Shown here piece after piece: positions 29,894 to 39,725 of a DNA stretch of 64,000 nt; within the stretch, counting starts at the first letter, position 1; every line of letters begins with the position of its first letter. A program made the translations under genes and the position numbers. Source of the stretch: Planctomyces sp. (GTDB lineage: Bacteria > Planctomycetota > Planctomycetia > Planctomycetales > Planctomycetaceae); assembly GCA_027483405.1 (NCBI GenBank), contig JAIXUU010000025.1, positions 11,072 through 75,071 of the forward strand, given 5' to 3'. The notes under the pieces were generated by a model, which saw nothing but the letters and a program-made list of their open reading frames with translations, did no database searches and had not been told where the DNA came from.

Positions 29894-31084
29894 TTACGGA
29901 TTATCGAGTTTGAGGGAGATGCTCTTCAAATCACCGTCTCGAATCACTTTCACTTGGATAACCTGATTGATCTTAAACCGTTCCATAGCTCGAAAGACAT
30001 CCATTTCTCCAGTGATTGGGAAGTCATCCATCTGGACAATAATGTCGCCAAGAATGAGATCGCCATCCTCATCGCTCCACATTGGGCGAATCCCTGCTCG
30101 TGCTGCTGCACTGTTTTCGATGACATGTTTCACCAGTGCACCCGAGGTAACTCCGAGACGCCGAGCAAAGGTATCGTACATGAAAATGATCCCCAGCTCG
30201 GGGCGTTCGTTCCAGCCATGCTTGATCAGTTCTGGAACATAGGCATTCACTGTATCGACAGGGATCGCAAAGCCGATGCCTGCCGAGCCACCTGAGTTGC
30301 TGAGAATGGTTGTGTTCACACCGATCAATCGCCCGGCACTATCCAGCAGTGGCCCACCTGAATTTCCCGGGTTGATGGCTGCATCGGTCTGAATCATGCC
30401 ACGAATCGTCTCTCCCGTCGCCCCGGGCACATCGCGGCCCAATCCACTGATGACACCGGTCGTCAACGTGTGATCGAAGCCAAAGGGATTACCGATCGCG
30501 AAAACCTTTTGACCCACCTGGAGATCATCAGATGTTCCCACAGGAATTGGACGCAGACGGCTGGCAGGTGCCTTGATCCTCAATACTGCCAGATCTCGAT
30601 CCGGTTCGTATCCCACAAGTGCCGCATCCCATTCTGAGTTATCCGCGAGGATCACCGTGGCAGATTGTGCATTGCGGATGAGGTGATAATTCGTGACGAC
30701 ATGTCCCTGATGATCCCAGACGAATCCACTTCCGGTACCACGCGTAATCTGCACAGGATTGGGACTCGCCTGGGCTCGATTCACTGTCAGACTGCTGATG
30801 TAAACCACACTTGGAAGAGATTCGCGAAAAATCTCGATAGTGGTCTTTTCATCATCAGATAGATTACCGCGGGGAGTGATCGGGCGGGAAACGGCATTGA
30901 CCCAATTGCGACTGAAGGGCCAGATTCCAGCAGAACTTAACGCCCACAGGCCACCGGAAAAGAGCAGCAGAGCCACCAGCCAGTTGCTGACACCGGTACC
31001 GTTCTGAGGAGAAAACCGTTGTCTGAAATCATCATCAAAAGCCACGGCTGGCATCCTCTGGGTTTGGCAGCCCATCTCAATCAA
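29894..31084 (-). CDS. HtrA/DegP-family serine protease (S1C) with one PDZ domain
   Basis: GTGSGFVWD, VVTNYHLI, DRDLAVL, QTDAAINPGNSGGPL, C-terminal PDZ. Confidence 0.93.
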   Translation of the reverse strand: MIEMGCQTQRMPAVAFDDDFRQRFSPQNGTGVSNWLVALLLFSGGLWALSSAGIWPFSRNWVNAVSRPITPRGNLSDDEKTTIEIFRESLPSVVYISSLTVNRAQASPNPVQITRGTGSGFVWDHQGHVVTNYHLIRNAQSATVILADNSEWDAALVGYEPDRDLAVLRIKAPASRLRPIPVGTSDDLQVGQKVFAIGNPFGFDHTLTTGVISGLGRDVPGATGETIRGMIQTDAAINPGNSGGPLLDSAGRLIGVNTTILSNSGGSAGIGFAIPVDTVNAYVPELIKHGWNERPELGIIFMYDTFARRLGVTSGALVKHVIENSAAARAGIRPMWSDEDGDLILGDIIVQMDDFPITGEMDVFRAMERFKINQVIQVKVIRDGDLKSISLKLDNP

Positions 31085-31237
31085 TCACACAGTGTCAAAT
31101 GCGACTGTGAGCCGATATGCGACAGTTTCATTCATTATTAGGACAGTCGCCCTTGAATGCTATCGCAAACCGGAAAGGGAGTTGAATCCAACGCGATTGA
31201 ACTTTTGTTGATGGAATGGCCAGATTCGAATCAATGC

Positions 31238-32014
31238 TCAACCAGCGATGGGCTGCATTTTTTCCATCAATGTCTCGAAAGCTTTCACAAGTCTCCGTTG
31301 AGACTTTCCATCGAGGTGCTGAAACTCGCTGATCACCTCATCCGAAAGCAGTGCTGAAAATTTCTCGCAGGTTGAGGTGAGTCGTTTGAAAATCTGCTCA
31401 GCACTCGGCGGCACACGTTCATCATGGGAGCTCGCCTTATCAGGAACTGTCACTGCACCGGCATTGAAGGGTGCATAATCCCCAGTTTCTCGTGCAAAGC
31501 TGGAAGCCGTTGGATCTGACTGCATTCCTGAACCATTGCCAGGGACAGCGCCATCAAATGGCGCCTCTTCTCCATCGATTGGCATGCGGACAGCCACAGG
31601 TTCGCCTGCCAGCAGCATGTAAGGTTCATCATCTGCAGGAAGGCTCAGGTCTTCACCCCGTTGGGCCCTTCTCCAGGCTTTCATTTCCGCGACTGTGGCC
31701 TGAATCTCATCAGCCCATTGTAGGCATTCCGCCGCATCATCCCATGCCACAGCCGAATAAAAGTGAGACCATTTCAGGTGCGGGTACTGACCACGGACAT
31801 CTCCAAAAGTTTCCCAGACGCGCCGCCGCTGATAGACCTGATCGGGACTTAAATGAACCAGATTGGCGAAGTCGGCGTCAGTTCGACCTTTGGCGAATTT
31901 GACAGTCCACTGGGCAGCACATTCCCCCACGGTCCAGTTGCATTGACTGACCGCCTCCTGGGCAATCGAAATCAATTCCTGTTCGCTGGAAGCAGTGGCA
32001 TGTGCTGTTGACAT
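31238..32014 (-). CDS. Conserved hypothetical protein, possible HTH nucleic-acid-binding N-terminal domain
   Basis: Trp-rich N-terminal domain (GRTDADFA.LV.LSPDQVYQRRRVW...WSHF), acidic linker, C-terminal helix. Confidence 0.65.
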   Translation of the reverse strand: MSTAHATASSEQELISIAQEAVSQCNWTVGECAAQWTVKFAKGRTDADFANLVHLSPDQVYQRRRVWETFGDVRGQYPHLKWSHFYSAVAWDDAAECLQWADEIQATVAEMKAWRRAQRGEDLSLPADDEPYMLLAGEPVAVRMPIDGEEAPFDGAVPGNGSGMQSDPTASSFARETGDYAPFNAGAVTVPDKASSHDERVPPSAEQIFKRLTSTCEKFSALLSDEVISEFQHLDGKSQRRLVKAFETLMEKMQPIAG

Positions 32015-32401
32015 GAAATCACCTTGGTTATTTCTGAGCATGGCAAGAACCGGCCATCGCTGATCGAGGGCCCCAGACATTTCGCCATTACCCAGAAGTT
32101 ATTCCAGCGGCGACGAAACCTCCAGTGCCCGCATCCTGTTTCCCAGGAAACCACACTCTCGCTTTTCTGGCAGGCGGTCAACTTTGCCGAAAGGCGAAGG
32201 GCTGACTTGCTTGACCCGTGGGACTCGAAAACCTACATTTCGGGAGTTGGAAAAGTGACGAATCCGCAAATTTTGAGTGTTGGGTAAAGTTGCACGCTTT
32301 TACTCAACAAATCATTTGTGGAGTTCCGATAACAGATCCTGCCATGGTCGATTGAGGATCGAGAGCGTCGAAGCGATCGATTTCAGCAATCGCCAGACAA
32401 C

Positions 32402-32473
32402 GGCGCCGTAGCCAAGTGGCTAAGGCAGTGGATTGCAAATCCACCATCCCCGGTTCGAATCCGGGCGGCGCCT
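32402..32473 (+). tRNA. tRNA-Cys (GCA), 72 nt, CCA not encoded
   Basis: Cloverleaf: acceptor GGCGCCG/CGGCGCC, D arm GCC/GGC, anticodon stem GTGGA/TCCAC with loop TTGCAAA, T arm CCCGG-TTCGAAT-CCGGG. Confidence 0.98.
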
Positions 32474-32525
32474 TGAATTTTATCAGAGGACACTGGCGGC
32501 CATTCTTGGCCACCGGCGGACACTC

Positions 32526-32562
32526 AACGCCTAACTTCTGATTCTCAGAGGAGTTAGGCGTT
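32526..32562 (+). terminator. Hairpin downstream of tRNA-Cys
   Basis: aacgcctaact-tctga / tcaga-gg-agttaggcgtt. Confidence 0.5.
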
Positions 32563-32665
32563 TCGCTTTTCCGGGGTGATTCCAACACTCCACTGCCACC
32601 AGCGGACACCTCAGGACAGGTTTCTTAACTCAATCATTGACGCTCTTCATCTCAGTTCGATGAAT

Positions 32666-33427
32666 CTAGGGCTGGAAAACCCTAGCCCTATGAAAGCGAA
32701 TGGCCTCTGGGTCCGGTCGGAACCTGGATGGTAAGGCGAGTGGAACTCCCTCAAGTTGATCCAGTGAGCACTTCAGCTTCGCGTCTGACACGTTGTCGAT
32801 CAGGCGTCGTGAAACGATGACACGCAAGTTGTCATCCAGCGAAAACAATCCCCGGTCGAACGCTCGGTCTAAAAGTGCGTTGAGACACAAACCATTACGG
32901 GGGTCGGCACGACGCTCAACGGATTCGCTCCACGGAATGATGTGACTCGCCGTGAGAAGTTCGGCACCAGCGACACCTGAGATGGCGCATGTGGAGTTGT
33001 AGGTGGTCAACACGGCGGCCCGGAAGAACGACTGAACCCGGCGAGCTCGCACGGTTCGCTCGATGTCGGTCGGGCCCGTCGGCAGGCAGAGTTCGGGCAC
33101 ATGGGAGTTATCAGCAACTGCAATTCGTTCTGCGGCCTCTTCCGCTTCCGCAGCAAGGCCTTCAGCGTTGTTTAAAAACTCCATCCAGATTTCGCGATCG
33201 GCTTTACTGAGATTCGACAAACCACGAATTCCACGGGCTTGAAGCTCGGGATCAAGGTTCGCGAAGTTGCATGCCTTCATCGTCAGAGCATTGGGTGTGC
33301 GGCCAATGAGTTCTGCGACTTCAATGATCTCCGGGTGGTTGTGATGCAACTTCCCAAATGGCAGTCGAATATAAAGACGAAGTGCCAAAAGAAGTTGATC
33401 ACGAGTCCAAAGATCAGAGCGAGCCAT
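32666..33427 (-). CDS. HNH endonuclease (HNH_2-type, putative modification-dependent restriction enzyme)
   Basis: Helical N-terminal domain plus R..QSFFR..VL..Y...CAISG, ASHIIPWS, DPRNGLCL...DRAFDRG. Confidence 0.85.
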   Translation of the reverse strand: MARSDLWTRDQLLLALRLYIRLPFGKLHHNHPEIIEVAELIGRTPNALTMKACNFANLDPELQARGIRGLSNLSKADREIWMEFLNNAEGLAAEAEEAAERIAVADNSHVPELCLPTGPTDIERTVRARRVQSFFRAAVLTTYNSTCAISGVAGAELLTASHIIPWSESVERRADPRNGLCLNALLDRAFDRGLFSLDDNLRVIVSRRLIDNVSDAKLKCSLDQLEGVPLALPSRFRPDPEAIRFHRARVFQP

Positions 33428-33527
33428 GAAATACGGAACCTTCTTGGGAAATCATTCCCTGATCACAGTCGCCAGAATATCAACATTGAGTCGACTCGTC
33501 GTCAAAATTATCGACTGAGTTTCTTGA

Positions 33528-33719
33528 TTGCCAACTTCTCGTAATTGCATGGATGCGGTACGCAGTGTAGCCCGATTTCTAATGGCTGATGGTTCCTGGG
33601 GGAATGATCATCGTGAAATGCGGGAACACGACCCGCTAACTAGTACACCTTTGGCGTTCATGGCACTAGGGCACTGGTTGGTAGAAGATAAAGTGAACAT
33701 GCCTCGATCGATTGAATGA
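33528..33719 (+). pseudogene. Probable gene relic resembling the C-terminal end of a prenyltransferase/squalene-cyclase-repeat protein
   Basis: MADGSWGND..EMREHDPLTSTPLAFMAL matches the Q.xDGSW...E.DP...T..A..AL repeat pattern; an in-frame TGA at 33525 precedes it. Confidence 0.4.
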
Positions 33720-33792
33720 CTTTTTGACTTCCTATCCAAGTTGAAGTCATGGCACTTCTTTAATCCGCTGATCTATCGATGATGTTCTTAAA

Positions 33793-34245
33793 TCAATAGA
33801 TCGTGTGGCTATGGCGTGAAAGCAGTATCTTATCGGAATAACCCCAGAAAACATAATTCATGATGGATATCACGAGTATCAAAACGATTCGCGTTCGAGG
33901 AGATCGAAAACAAAGCAGCATTCCGAGATAAAGCATGATGAGTGGGACGGCGTGAATCAGAAGCTTGAGGGTTAGTGGGTTCCAGTTATGGATACTCCGT
34001 GGATTGGTTGGTGAGTCGTGCTTATCGCCATAGAAGAACATCATGAGAATGATGGCCTTGGTTACGGGCAGGCCAAAGAGCATGAAGATGCAGGCTAGTA
34101 GTCCGTTCACAAATCGCCAAAAATTATCCTTTTGTTCGGTCAGTTCGCGAGGGCTATCGGAAGGGAATTTCGGCTCATGATGAACTCGGGTTCGATCCGT
34201 GTTGAATTCATCAGAGGCGAGAGTGATTTTTGGTTCTTCGTTCAT
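33793..34245 (-). CDS. Hypothetical membrane protein (about 3 TM) in an AT-richer stretch
   Basis: Polar N-terminus then three hydrophobic segments; no recognisable family. Confidence 0.55.
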   Translation of the reverse strand: MNEEPKITLASDEFNTDRTRVHHEPKFPSDSPRELTEQKDNFWRFVNGLLACIFMLFGLPVTKAIILMMFFYGDKHDSPTNPRSIHNWNPLTLKLLIHAVPLIMLYLGMLLCFRSPRTRIVLILVISIMNYVFWGYSDKILLSRHSHTIY

Positions 34246-34473
34246 TCACCCCTCCGCCGCACGGATTGTTTCAGTATTTGATCGAGGTAGGTGTTCTTTC
34301 AAGTTAATACTATGGTCGTTGAGCATGGAAGTCGATATGTGGCTTTCGAGTGTTGTATGTGGTGATTTTACTTGAAAGGTTGCAACATGATGAAAGACGA
34401 CAGTCCGCCTCGCCCTCCTGGAACTTTTGCAGAGGCCATGCATGGTCAATTTCGTGCGGCAAAAGCACACCGC

Positions 34474-35961
34474 ATGGAAAACGCGACGTTTCTTATGGCT
34501 CTCGACCAGGGGACGACTTCCAGCCGGGCGATACTCTTTGATCGAGACGGAAAAGTGGCGGGGCGTGGGCAGGAAGAAGTCACGCCGCTCTTCCCTACTC
34601 CGGGGCATGTCGAACAGGATCCGAACCAGTTGTGGCTGACGACGTTGAGCAGTGCCCGCAAGGCGATTGATGCCGTGGGTGCTGCTCCCAGAGAGATTTC
34701 TGCGATTGGTCTGACCAATCAACGGGAAACAACCATCATCTGGGATCGGCACACCGGAGTTCCGGTCTCCAATGCGGTGGTGTGGCAAAGCCGCATTACT
34801 TCGCCGGAATGTGCCCGGCTCAAGGCGTTGGGCCACGAGCCACTCATCCGAGAAAAGACAGGGCTGGTTCTCGATCCCTACTTTTCGGCCACCAAGATCA
34901 GCTGGATTCTGGATCAATCCCCTGCTCTTCGCGCGCGGGCCGAAAAAGGCGATTTGTGCTTTGGAACAGTCGATTCGTTTCTGCTGTGGCGTTTGACTGC
35001 TGGTCAGCTGCATGCGACTGATGTCACCAATGCCAGCCGGACGCTCTTGTGGAATCTGCACGAGGGAGCATGGGATCAGGAATTGTTGGAGATCTTTCGA
35101 GTTCCCCGGGCCATGCTGCCGGAGGTGAAGCCATCGAGCGGCCTGTTTGGCGTGACGGATCGCAAATGGTTTGGCGAAGAGATCCCCATTACCGGGATCG
35201 CTGGTGACCAGCAGGCGGCTACCTTCGGCCAGCAATGCTTTACCCCTGGACTGGTCAAGAACACCTACGGGACGGGTTGCTTTGTGGTGATGAATACCGG
35301 CTCTTCCATTGTGCCCTCGAAGTATGGCTTGCTGGCCACTGCCGGTTGGAAAATGCAGGGAAAGACAACCTTCGCGCTGGAAGGGGCGATCTTTGCAGCG
35401 GGAGCGGTGATTCAATGGTTGCGAGATGGCTTGCAGATTATCCAGCAGGCGAGTGACAGCGAGCAACTGGCGAGTCGAGTGTCTGACAATGGCGGCGTCT
35501 ATCTGGTGCCCGCGTTTGTTGGTCTGGGAGCCCCGTATTGGGATGCTGATGCCCGTGGGGCGATCTATGGGTTGACTCGCGGCGCCACGAAAGAACACGT
35601 GTGCCGGGCAGCCCTCGAATCGATCGTATTGCAGACGCGCGATGTGGTGGAAGCCATGACGTGTGATTCGGGATTATCGATCCCAGAACTGCGGGTCGAT
35701 GGCGGGGCGACAGCGAATAACCTGCTGATGCAGATGCAGGCCGATATTCTGGGCATTCCCGTGCAACGACCACAGATCCTGGAAACAACGGCACTGGGAG
35801 CCGCTTATCTGGCGGGATTGGCATCGGGTTTCTGGCCACAGATGTCTGATTTGTCACATCACTGGCATGTGGATCGAGTCTTTGAACCACGCATCACTGT
35901 CGATCATCGTGAAACGTGGTATGCCGGCTGGAAGAAGGCGATTGAGCGGACGCGGTCTTAA
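34474..35961 (+). CDS. glpK: Glycerol kinase
   Basis: ALDQGTTSSR, GLTNQRETT, DPYFSATK, GDQQAA, KNTYGTGCF, LGAPYWD, LRVDGGA, ETTALGAA. Confidence 0.96.
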   Translation: MENATFLMALDQGTTSSRAILFDRDGKVAGRGQEEVTPLFPTPGHVEQDPNQLWLTTLSSARKAIDAVGAAPREISAIGLTNQRETTIIWDRHTGVPVSNAVVWQSRITSPECARLKALGHEPLIREKTGLVLDPYFSATKISWILDQSPALRARAEKGDLCFGTVDSFLLWRLTAGQLHATDVTNASRTLLWNLHEGAWDQELLEIFRVPRAMLPEVKPSSGLFGVTDRKWFGEEIPITGIAGDQQAATFGQQCFTPGLVKNTYGTGCFVVMNTGSSIVPSKYGLLATAGWKMQGKTTFALEGAIFAAGAVIQWLRDGLQIIQQASDSEQLASRVSDNGGVYLVPAFVGLGAPYWDADARGAIYGLTRGATKEHVCRAALESIVLQTRDVVEAMTCDSGLSIPELRVDGGATANNLLMQMQADILGIPVQRPQILETTALGAAYLAGLASGFWPQMSDLSHHWHVDRVFEPRITVDHRETWYAGWKKAIERTRS

Positions 35962-35979
35962 AGTCGATCGATGATCGAG

Positions 35980-37254
35980 TTATTGACAACTCCAGGTTCG
36001 TGCTGCCGACCAGCGTGAACTGGGTTGACCTATGGCGACCAGCGGGCTGTCCAGTGCATACACCTCGATCAAGTGCTCTATCACTGCCATCGAGAATGAT
36101 TTTTGTGGTGGCATGGGAGCTTTGAGTTCATTGAGAGTCCAATGATTCAAAGCCAGTCGATGCAGATGATCGAGATCAGCGCAGGGGCCTTCGGGGAGTC
36201 CGGGCTCGACCCACTTTTGCAGTGATGGTGGGAGTTTTTGCAGGTCATCTTCGGTGAGGTAAAGCGTGACTTTTTCACTGCGCATCGAATAGACCGCCTA
36301 GCCCATCGACGGAGCGCCGAGATCAAACAGAACCAATAGTGCGGGGAGCCACAGGAGACTTCCCATTACCAGGTGACGAACATTTTCTGGGAAAGAGAAG
36401 AGTGGCCTGGATGGAGTCTGTAGACTCTCAACCTTTGGCAAAAGTGGCTCGCTCTGCCGTTTTGATTTTCGAAGCTGGCGTTGCTGTACCAGCAGACCAA
36501 AAGCAATTCCCGCACAACTGATGTTCCAGAGGATCACTCCGGCGCTGTGGTTCAATCCCCACGGGCCGAGAGCTGAGATCAGCAGCCCATGCATGATCAT
36601 CGCCAGGATCAGTCCCACGGAACGTGTGCGGGGGATGGCAACCAGTATCCCTACCAGCACTTCACCAGCGGGGAGAACCAGGCTGAGTGTGTGCCAGATG
36701 GTGGGTGACCAGAGCCGGAACATCGCGCTGAGCCCTAATGATTGCAGCAAACCGGCCAAGAGCGTGGGGCCGAGTTCGTGGGCAAAGGCCAGGTCGATCT
36801 TCGAGATCCCGGAGCAGATGTAGATCGTCACGAGGATCACGAGCCACCAGCGGCATGCTGTTCGAGGCGCAAAGAGCAGCCAACTCAAGACGATCAAGCC
36901 TCCGTGCCAGACCCAGGGCTGCAGTCGTTGCTGACTGGCCAGCACCAGCCAGCAGGTGCTGCACAGGACAGGGATGCACCACCACGTCTTTGGGTTGGGT
37001 AACAAAACTCCCGCCACCAGACCAATGAGCAACGCGATCGTTGCGACAGGATCGACCCACGGCGAAAACTTCTCGATCAGAGGCACATACGGGATCGTAG
37101 GAAATTCGTGAACACCCCACCACAAAGGCCAGGTGGCGAGAATCATGAGGATCCACAAGCAGCACACCCAGCGGATCAATAGGTCCGGAATATTGATCCC
37201 AGCCGCCATACCTTTACTTGGCGATATCGTTACAGATGAAGAGGTCGGCATCAC
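35980..37254 (-). pseudogene. Multipass membrane protein (HTTM/DoxX-like) interrupted by one in-frame TAG at 36298-36300
   Basis: ORFs 36298..37254 and 35980..36285 are in the same frame and read ...APSMG*AVYSMRSEKV...; motifs QQRLQPW and SGISKID..F. Confidence 0.65.
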
Positions 37255-38438
37255 TTTTGTGTCAATGCAAACAGAGTCAATGCCGCAGCTGCCGCAGCAA
37301 GGATGGCCAGAGTAATCTTGATCCAGCTGTAGGGGCGGTCGCCACTCACTTCGCCCGTGACGGCATTCACCATGACGGGGTACGTCTTGTCGCGATAGCG
37401 GTAGGCCAGCAACCAGACAGGCAACAGAAGGTGTTTGAAAGTGAGTGCCGTAAACTGAGTTTTCAGGTCATGGACACGTTGCTCATCGCCACCAATCCGC
37501 TGGCGGGTTTCGGCCATTAAGGCTTGCCGCATTCTTTGCTGGCCCAACTCGAACGATTGATCGAGCGGAATGTCATAAGTTCTCGCAAAAATTCCAGCCA
37601 TGGCATCGGGGGTAAAGGGGACGCATTTTTCCAGAGGCCAGGGTTCCAGATGCTGCGCAAGATCGTGACGTTGTGACCGAATGGCAAGAATCAGCACATC
37701 ATCAAAAAAACGCTGGAATTGACCGGAAGCATAAGACCATCTCGTGCGGCGTTCGGTGCGTCGATCTTTACCCGTACCGACTGAGACAGTGTAGTGATCG
37801 CCACGTTCGCCCTGATAACGATTAAAAGTCATGGCATCGAATGTGAAATAAGGTAGATAAACGCCTTCAAACTTCCCTTTGGCTCCTAGTTTCTTGAAAT
37901 CGTTAGGAGCGAACCAGCGGGATTGAACCCACTGCTCGATACAACTGGCGGCTTTCTCGCGAACAATAAAAAATGGAAGAACCCCATCGACCGGAATGCG
38001 AGCTGTCGATTTATGGACATCATTTCGTTGAATCGGGCTGCCGCAGTAAGGGCAGCGGCTGCTGGTGAGTGTCCCCACGAAGAGGACATTGGCACCGCAG
38101 CCATCGCAGTGAACTTCCTGGTCTCCGACGGTGGCGCTGTTGACCTCTCCATCGGCGGTCTCGATGTCTGCATGCTGCTCTTGCAGTCGCTCGAGCATGG
38201 CGTCGAGATCCTGCTCGACGATGGCAGCATCAGCAGGGATCTCCAGTTGTTCCACATGGTTGCAAAATGGGCACTGAAGCTGCTGGATACCAATCCGGAA
38301 TTCGAGATCAGCCCCGCATTGACTGCAAGGAAAGACTCGAGCCTGACCATCGTTGATGACTCGTGAGCTGCCTCCAGCCGCTGGTCGCTCGGGTTCAGGT
38401 TCGGGCTCGAAAGTCGTAATCGGCGTTGGATCAGACAT
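37251..38438 (-). CDS. Double zinc-ribbon membrane-anchored protein (YdjG-like partner of SPFH protein)
   Basis: CSQC...CPFC and CDGC...CPYC, GVLPF, YLPYFTFD, HLLLPVW, VNAVTGEVSG.RP.S..K, C-terminal TM. Confidence 0.75.
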   Translation of the reverse strand: MSDPTPITTFEPEPEPERPAAGGSSRVINDGQARVFPCSQCGADLEFRIGIQQLQCPFCNHVEQLEIPADAAIVEQDLDAMLERLQEQHADIETADGEVNSATVGDQEVHCDGCGANVLFVGTLTSSRCPYCGSPIQRNDVHKSTARIPVDGVLPFFIVREKAASCIEQWVQSRWFAPNDFKKLGAKGKFEGVYLPYFTFDAMTFNRYQGERGDHYTVSVGTGKDRRTERRTRWSYASGQFQRFFDDVLILAIRSQRHDLAQHLEPWPLEKCVPFTPDAMAGIFARTYDIPLDQSFELGQQRMRQALMAETRQRIGGDEQRVHDLKTQFTALTFKHLLLPVWLLAYRYRDKTYPVMVNAVTGEVSGDRPYSWIKITLAILAAAAAALTLFALTQK

Positions 38439-38597
38439 GCTGCTTGATGCACCTTAAGTGCGTGGCTTTGCTTGAAAGTCTTCCACAGAGGGTGAGGCTT
38501 GGCGACATCGAGCATTCCAGCGACTGGGTATCAGCCCGCCGCTGGAAATGAGTGGATATTGCCCGCATTCATCGAGAGTTGGAACTGCACGGGATGA

Positions 38598-39725
38598 TCA
38601 AGGAGTGGGCGGGAGTGGAGGCGGGCCGCTCTGGAACAGGCTGGCCAGAGGAGTCTGGCCGGCTGGCTTCCACTGATCCATACCTGTGCTCCAGACAAGA
38701 CTCTCAGCCGAGAGCTGGCCTGTCTGAATGGCTTGTTGAACCTGGGCGGGCGTGTAAGGGCCCAGTGATTGTCCATTCAAGGCCACATGCCACTGGACGG
38801 CACCGGGCAATGGTGGTGGGCTGCCCACATTCGCTGCAGCAGCAGGGCCACTGGCTCCCGGTGCGACATAACCCGGCTGATTCATAAAACGACTTGCCAT
38901 AGCAAAGCCCATCCCCATGCCCAGTCCGTCCCCTGCTCCACCATTCGGATTGTTTGCAGCATCTCCCATGGCTTCGCCGAACTTGTACTGTTGGAACTTG
39001 TTCATATCTCCAATCACACCCATGCTGCTGCGGGTATCGAGCGCCTTTTCGACCGCTTCCGGGAAGGAGATATTGACGATCTGCAGATTGGGGATCGACA
39101 GCCCGTATTCATCGTCGATCTGCTCTTGAACCGCTTTGCGCAGTTCTTCGGACATCCCGCGATAGTTGGCAGCCAGATCAAGTGCGGCAATCTGCTTTTC
39201 ACCAAGTAAGGTGGACATGCTGTTGACGATGATCGAGCGGAGTAACTCGCCAATCTCATCGGCTTCGACCTCACCATCAGTCCCGACGAGTTCTTTGAGC
39301 AATGCCTTCGGATCGATTGCCTTGAGAGCATAAGTTCCAAAGGCCCGTAGACGAATCGGACCAAACTCAGGGTCGCGAAGCATCACAGGGTTCTGGGTGC
39401 CCCATTTAAGATCCGTGATCTGGCGGGTGCTGACGAAATAGACCTCGGAACGAAAAGGACTGTTGAAGCCGTACTTCCAGCCTTGCAGTGTTCCGAGAAT
39501 GGGAAGGTTTTCGGATTTCAGCTGATAGTTTCCGGGTTCGAAAACATCGGCGATTTGTCCGCGATAGACAAACACAGCCATCTGGCCGGGCCTGACAATC
39601 AGTTGGGCGCCATTTTTGATTTCGTTCTGATAACGAGGAAATCGCCAGACGAGTGTGGTGCGGTTATCATCCAGCCACTCGATAATGTCGATCAGTTCAG
39701 CGCGCAGTTTGTCAAAAAGACCCAT
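38598..39725 (-). CDS. SPFH (band 7)-domain protein, YdjI-like, with C-terminal GYF_2/DUF4339 domain
   Basis: IKNGAQLIVRPGQ.AVF, N.PIL..L.GWK.GF.SPF, KWGT.NP, IRLRAFG; tail WHVALNGQSLGPY...VW..GM..W. Confidence 0.85.
   Translation of the reverse strand: MGLFDKLRAELIDIIEWLDDNRTTLVWRFPRYQNEIKNGAQLIVRPGQMAVFVYRGQIADVFEPGNYQLKSENLPILGTLQGWKYGFNSPFRSEVYFVSTRQITDLKWGTQNPVMLRDPEFGPIRLRAFGTYALKAIDPKALLKELVGTDGEVEADEIGELLRSIIVNSMSTLLGEKQIAALDLAANYRGMSEELRKAVQEQIDDEYGLSIPNLQIVNISFPEAVEKALDTRSSMGVIGDMNKFQQYKFGEAMGDAANNPNGGAGDGLGMGMGFAMASRFMNQPGYVAPGASGPAAAANVGSPPPLPGAVQWHVALNGQSLGPYTPAQVQQAIQTGQLSAESLVWSTGMDQWKPAGQTPLASLFQSGPPPLPPTP

Noticed and set aside
32860-32900. HNH nuclease inactivated because it reads NALLD rather than NALHD
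   Set aside because: The adjacent Asp may supply the metal ligand and the catalytic His (ASHIIPW) is intact; this cannot be decided by eye.
32402-34300. Intact prophage or integrative element at tRNA-Cys
   Set aside because: No integrase, no phage genes and no second copy of the tRNA 3' end seen by eye; reported only as a degraded islet.
34246-35598. 450-aa minus-strand ORF
   Set aside because: Antisense shadow of the clearly recognisable glpK; no motifs of its own.
36298-36300. Pyrrolysine recoding of the in-frame TAG
   Set aside because: No pyl genes or tRNA-Pyl in the window; a TGG-to-TAG change is the simpler explanation.
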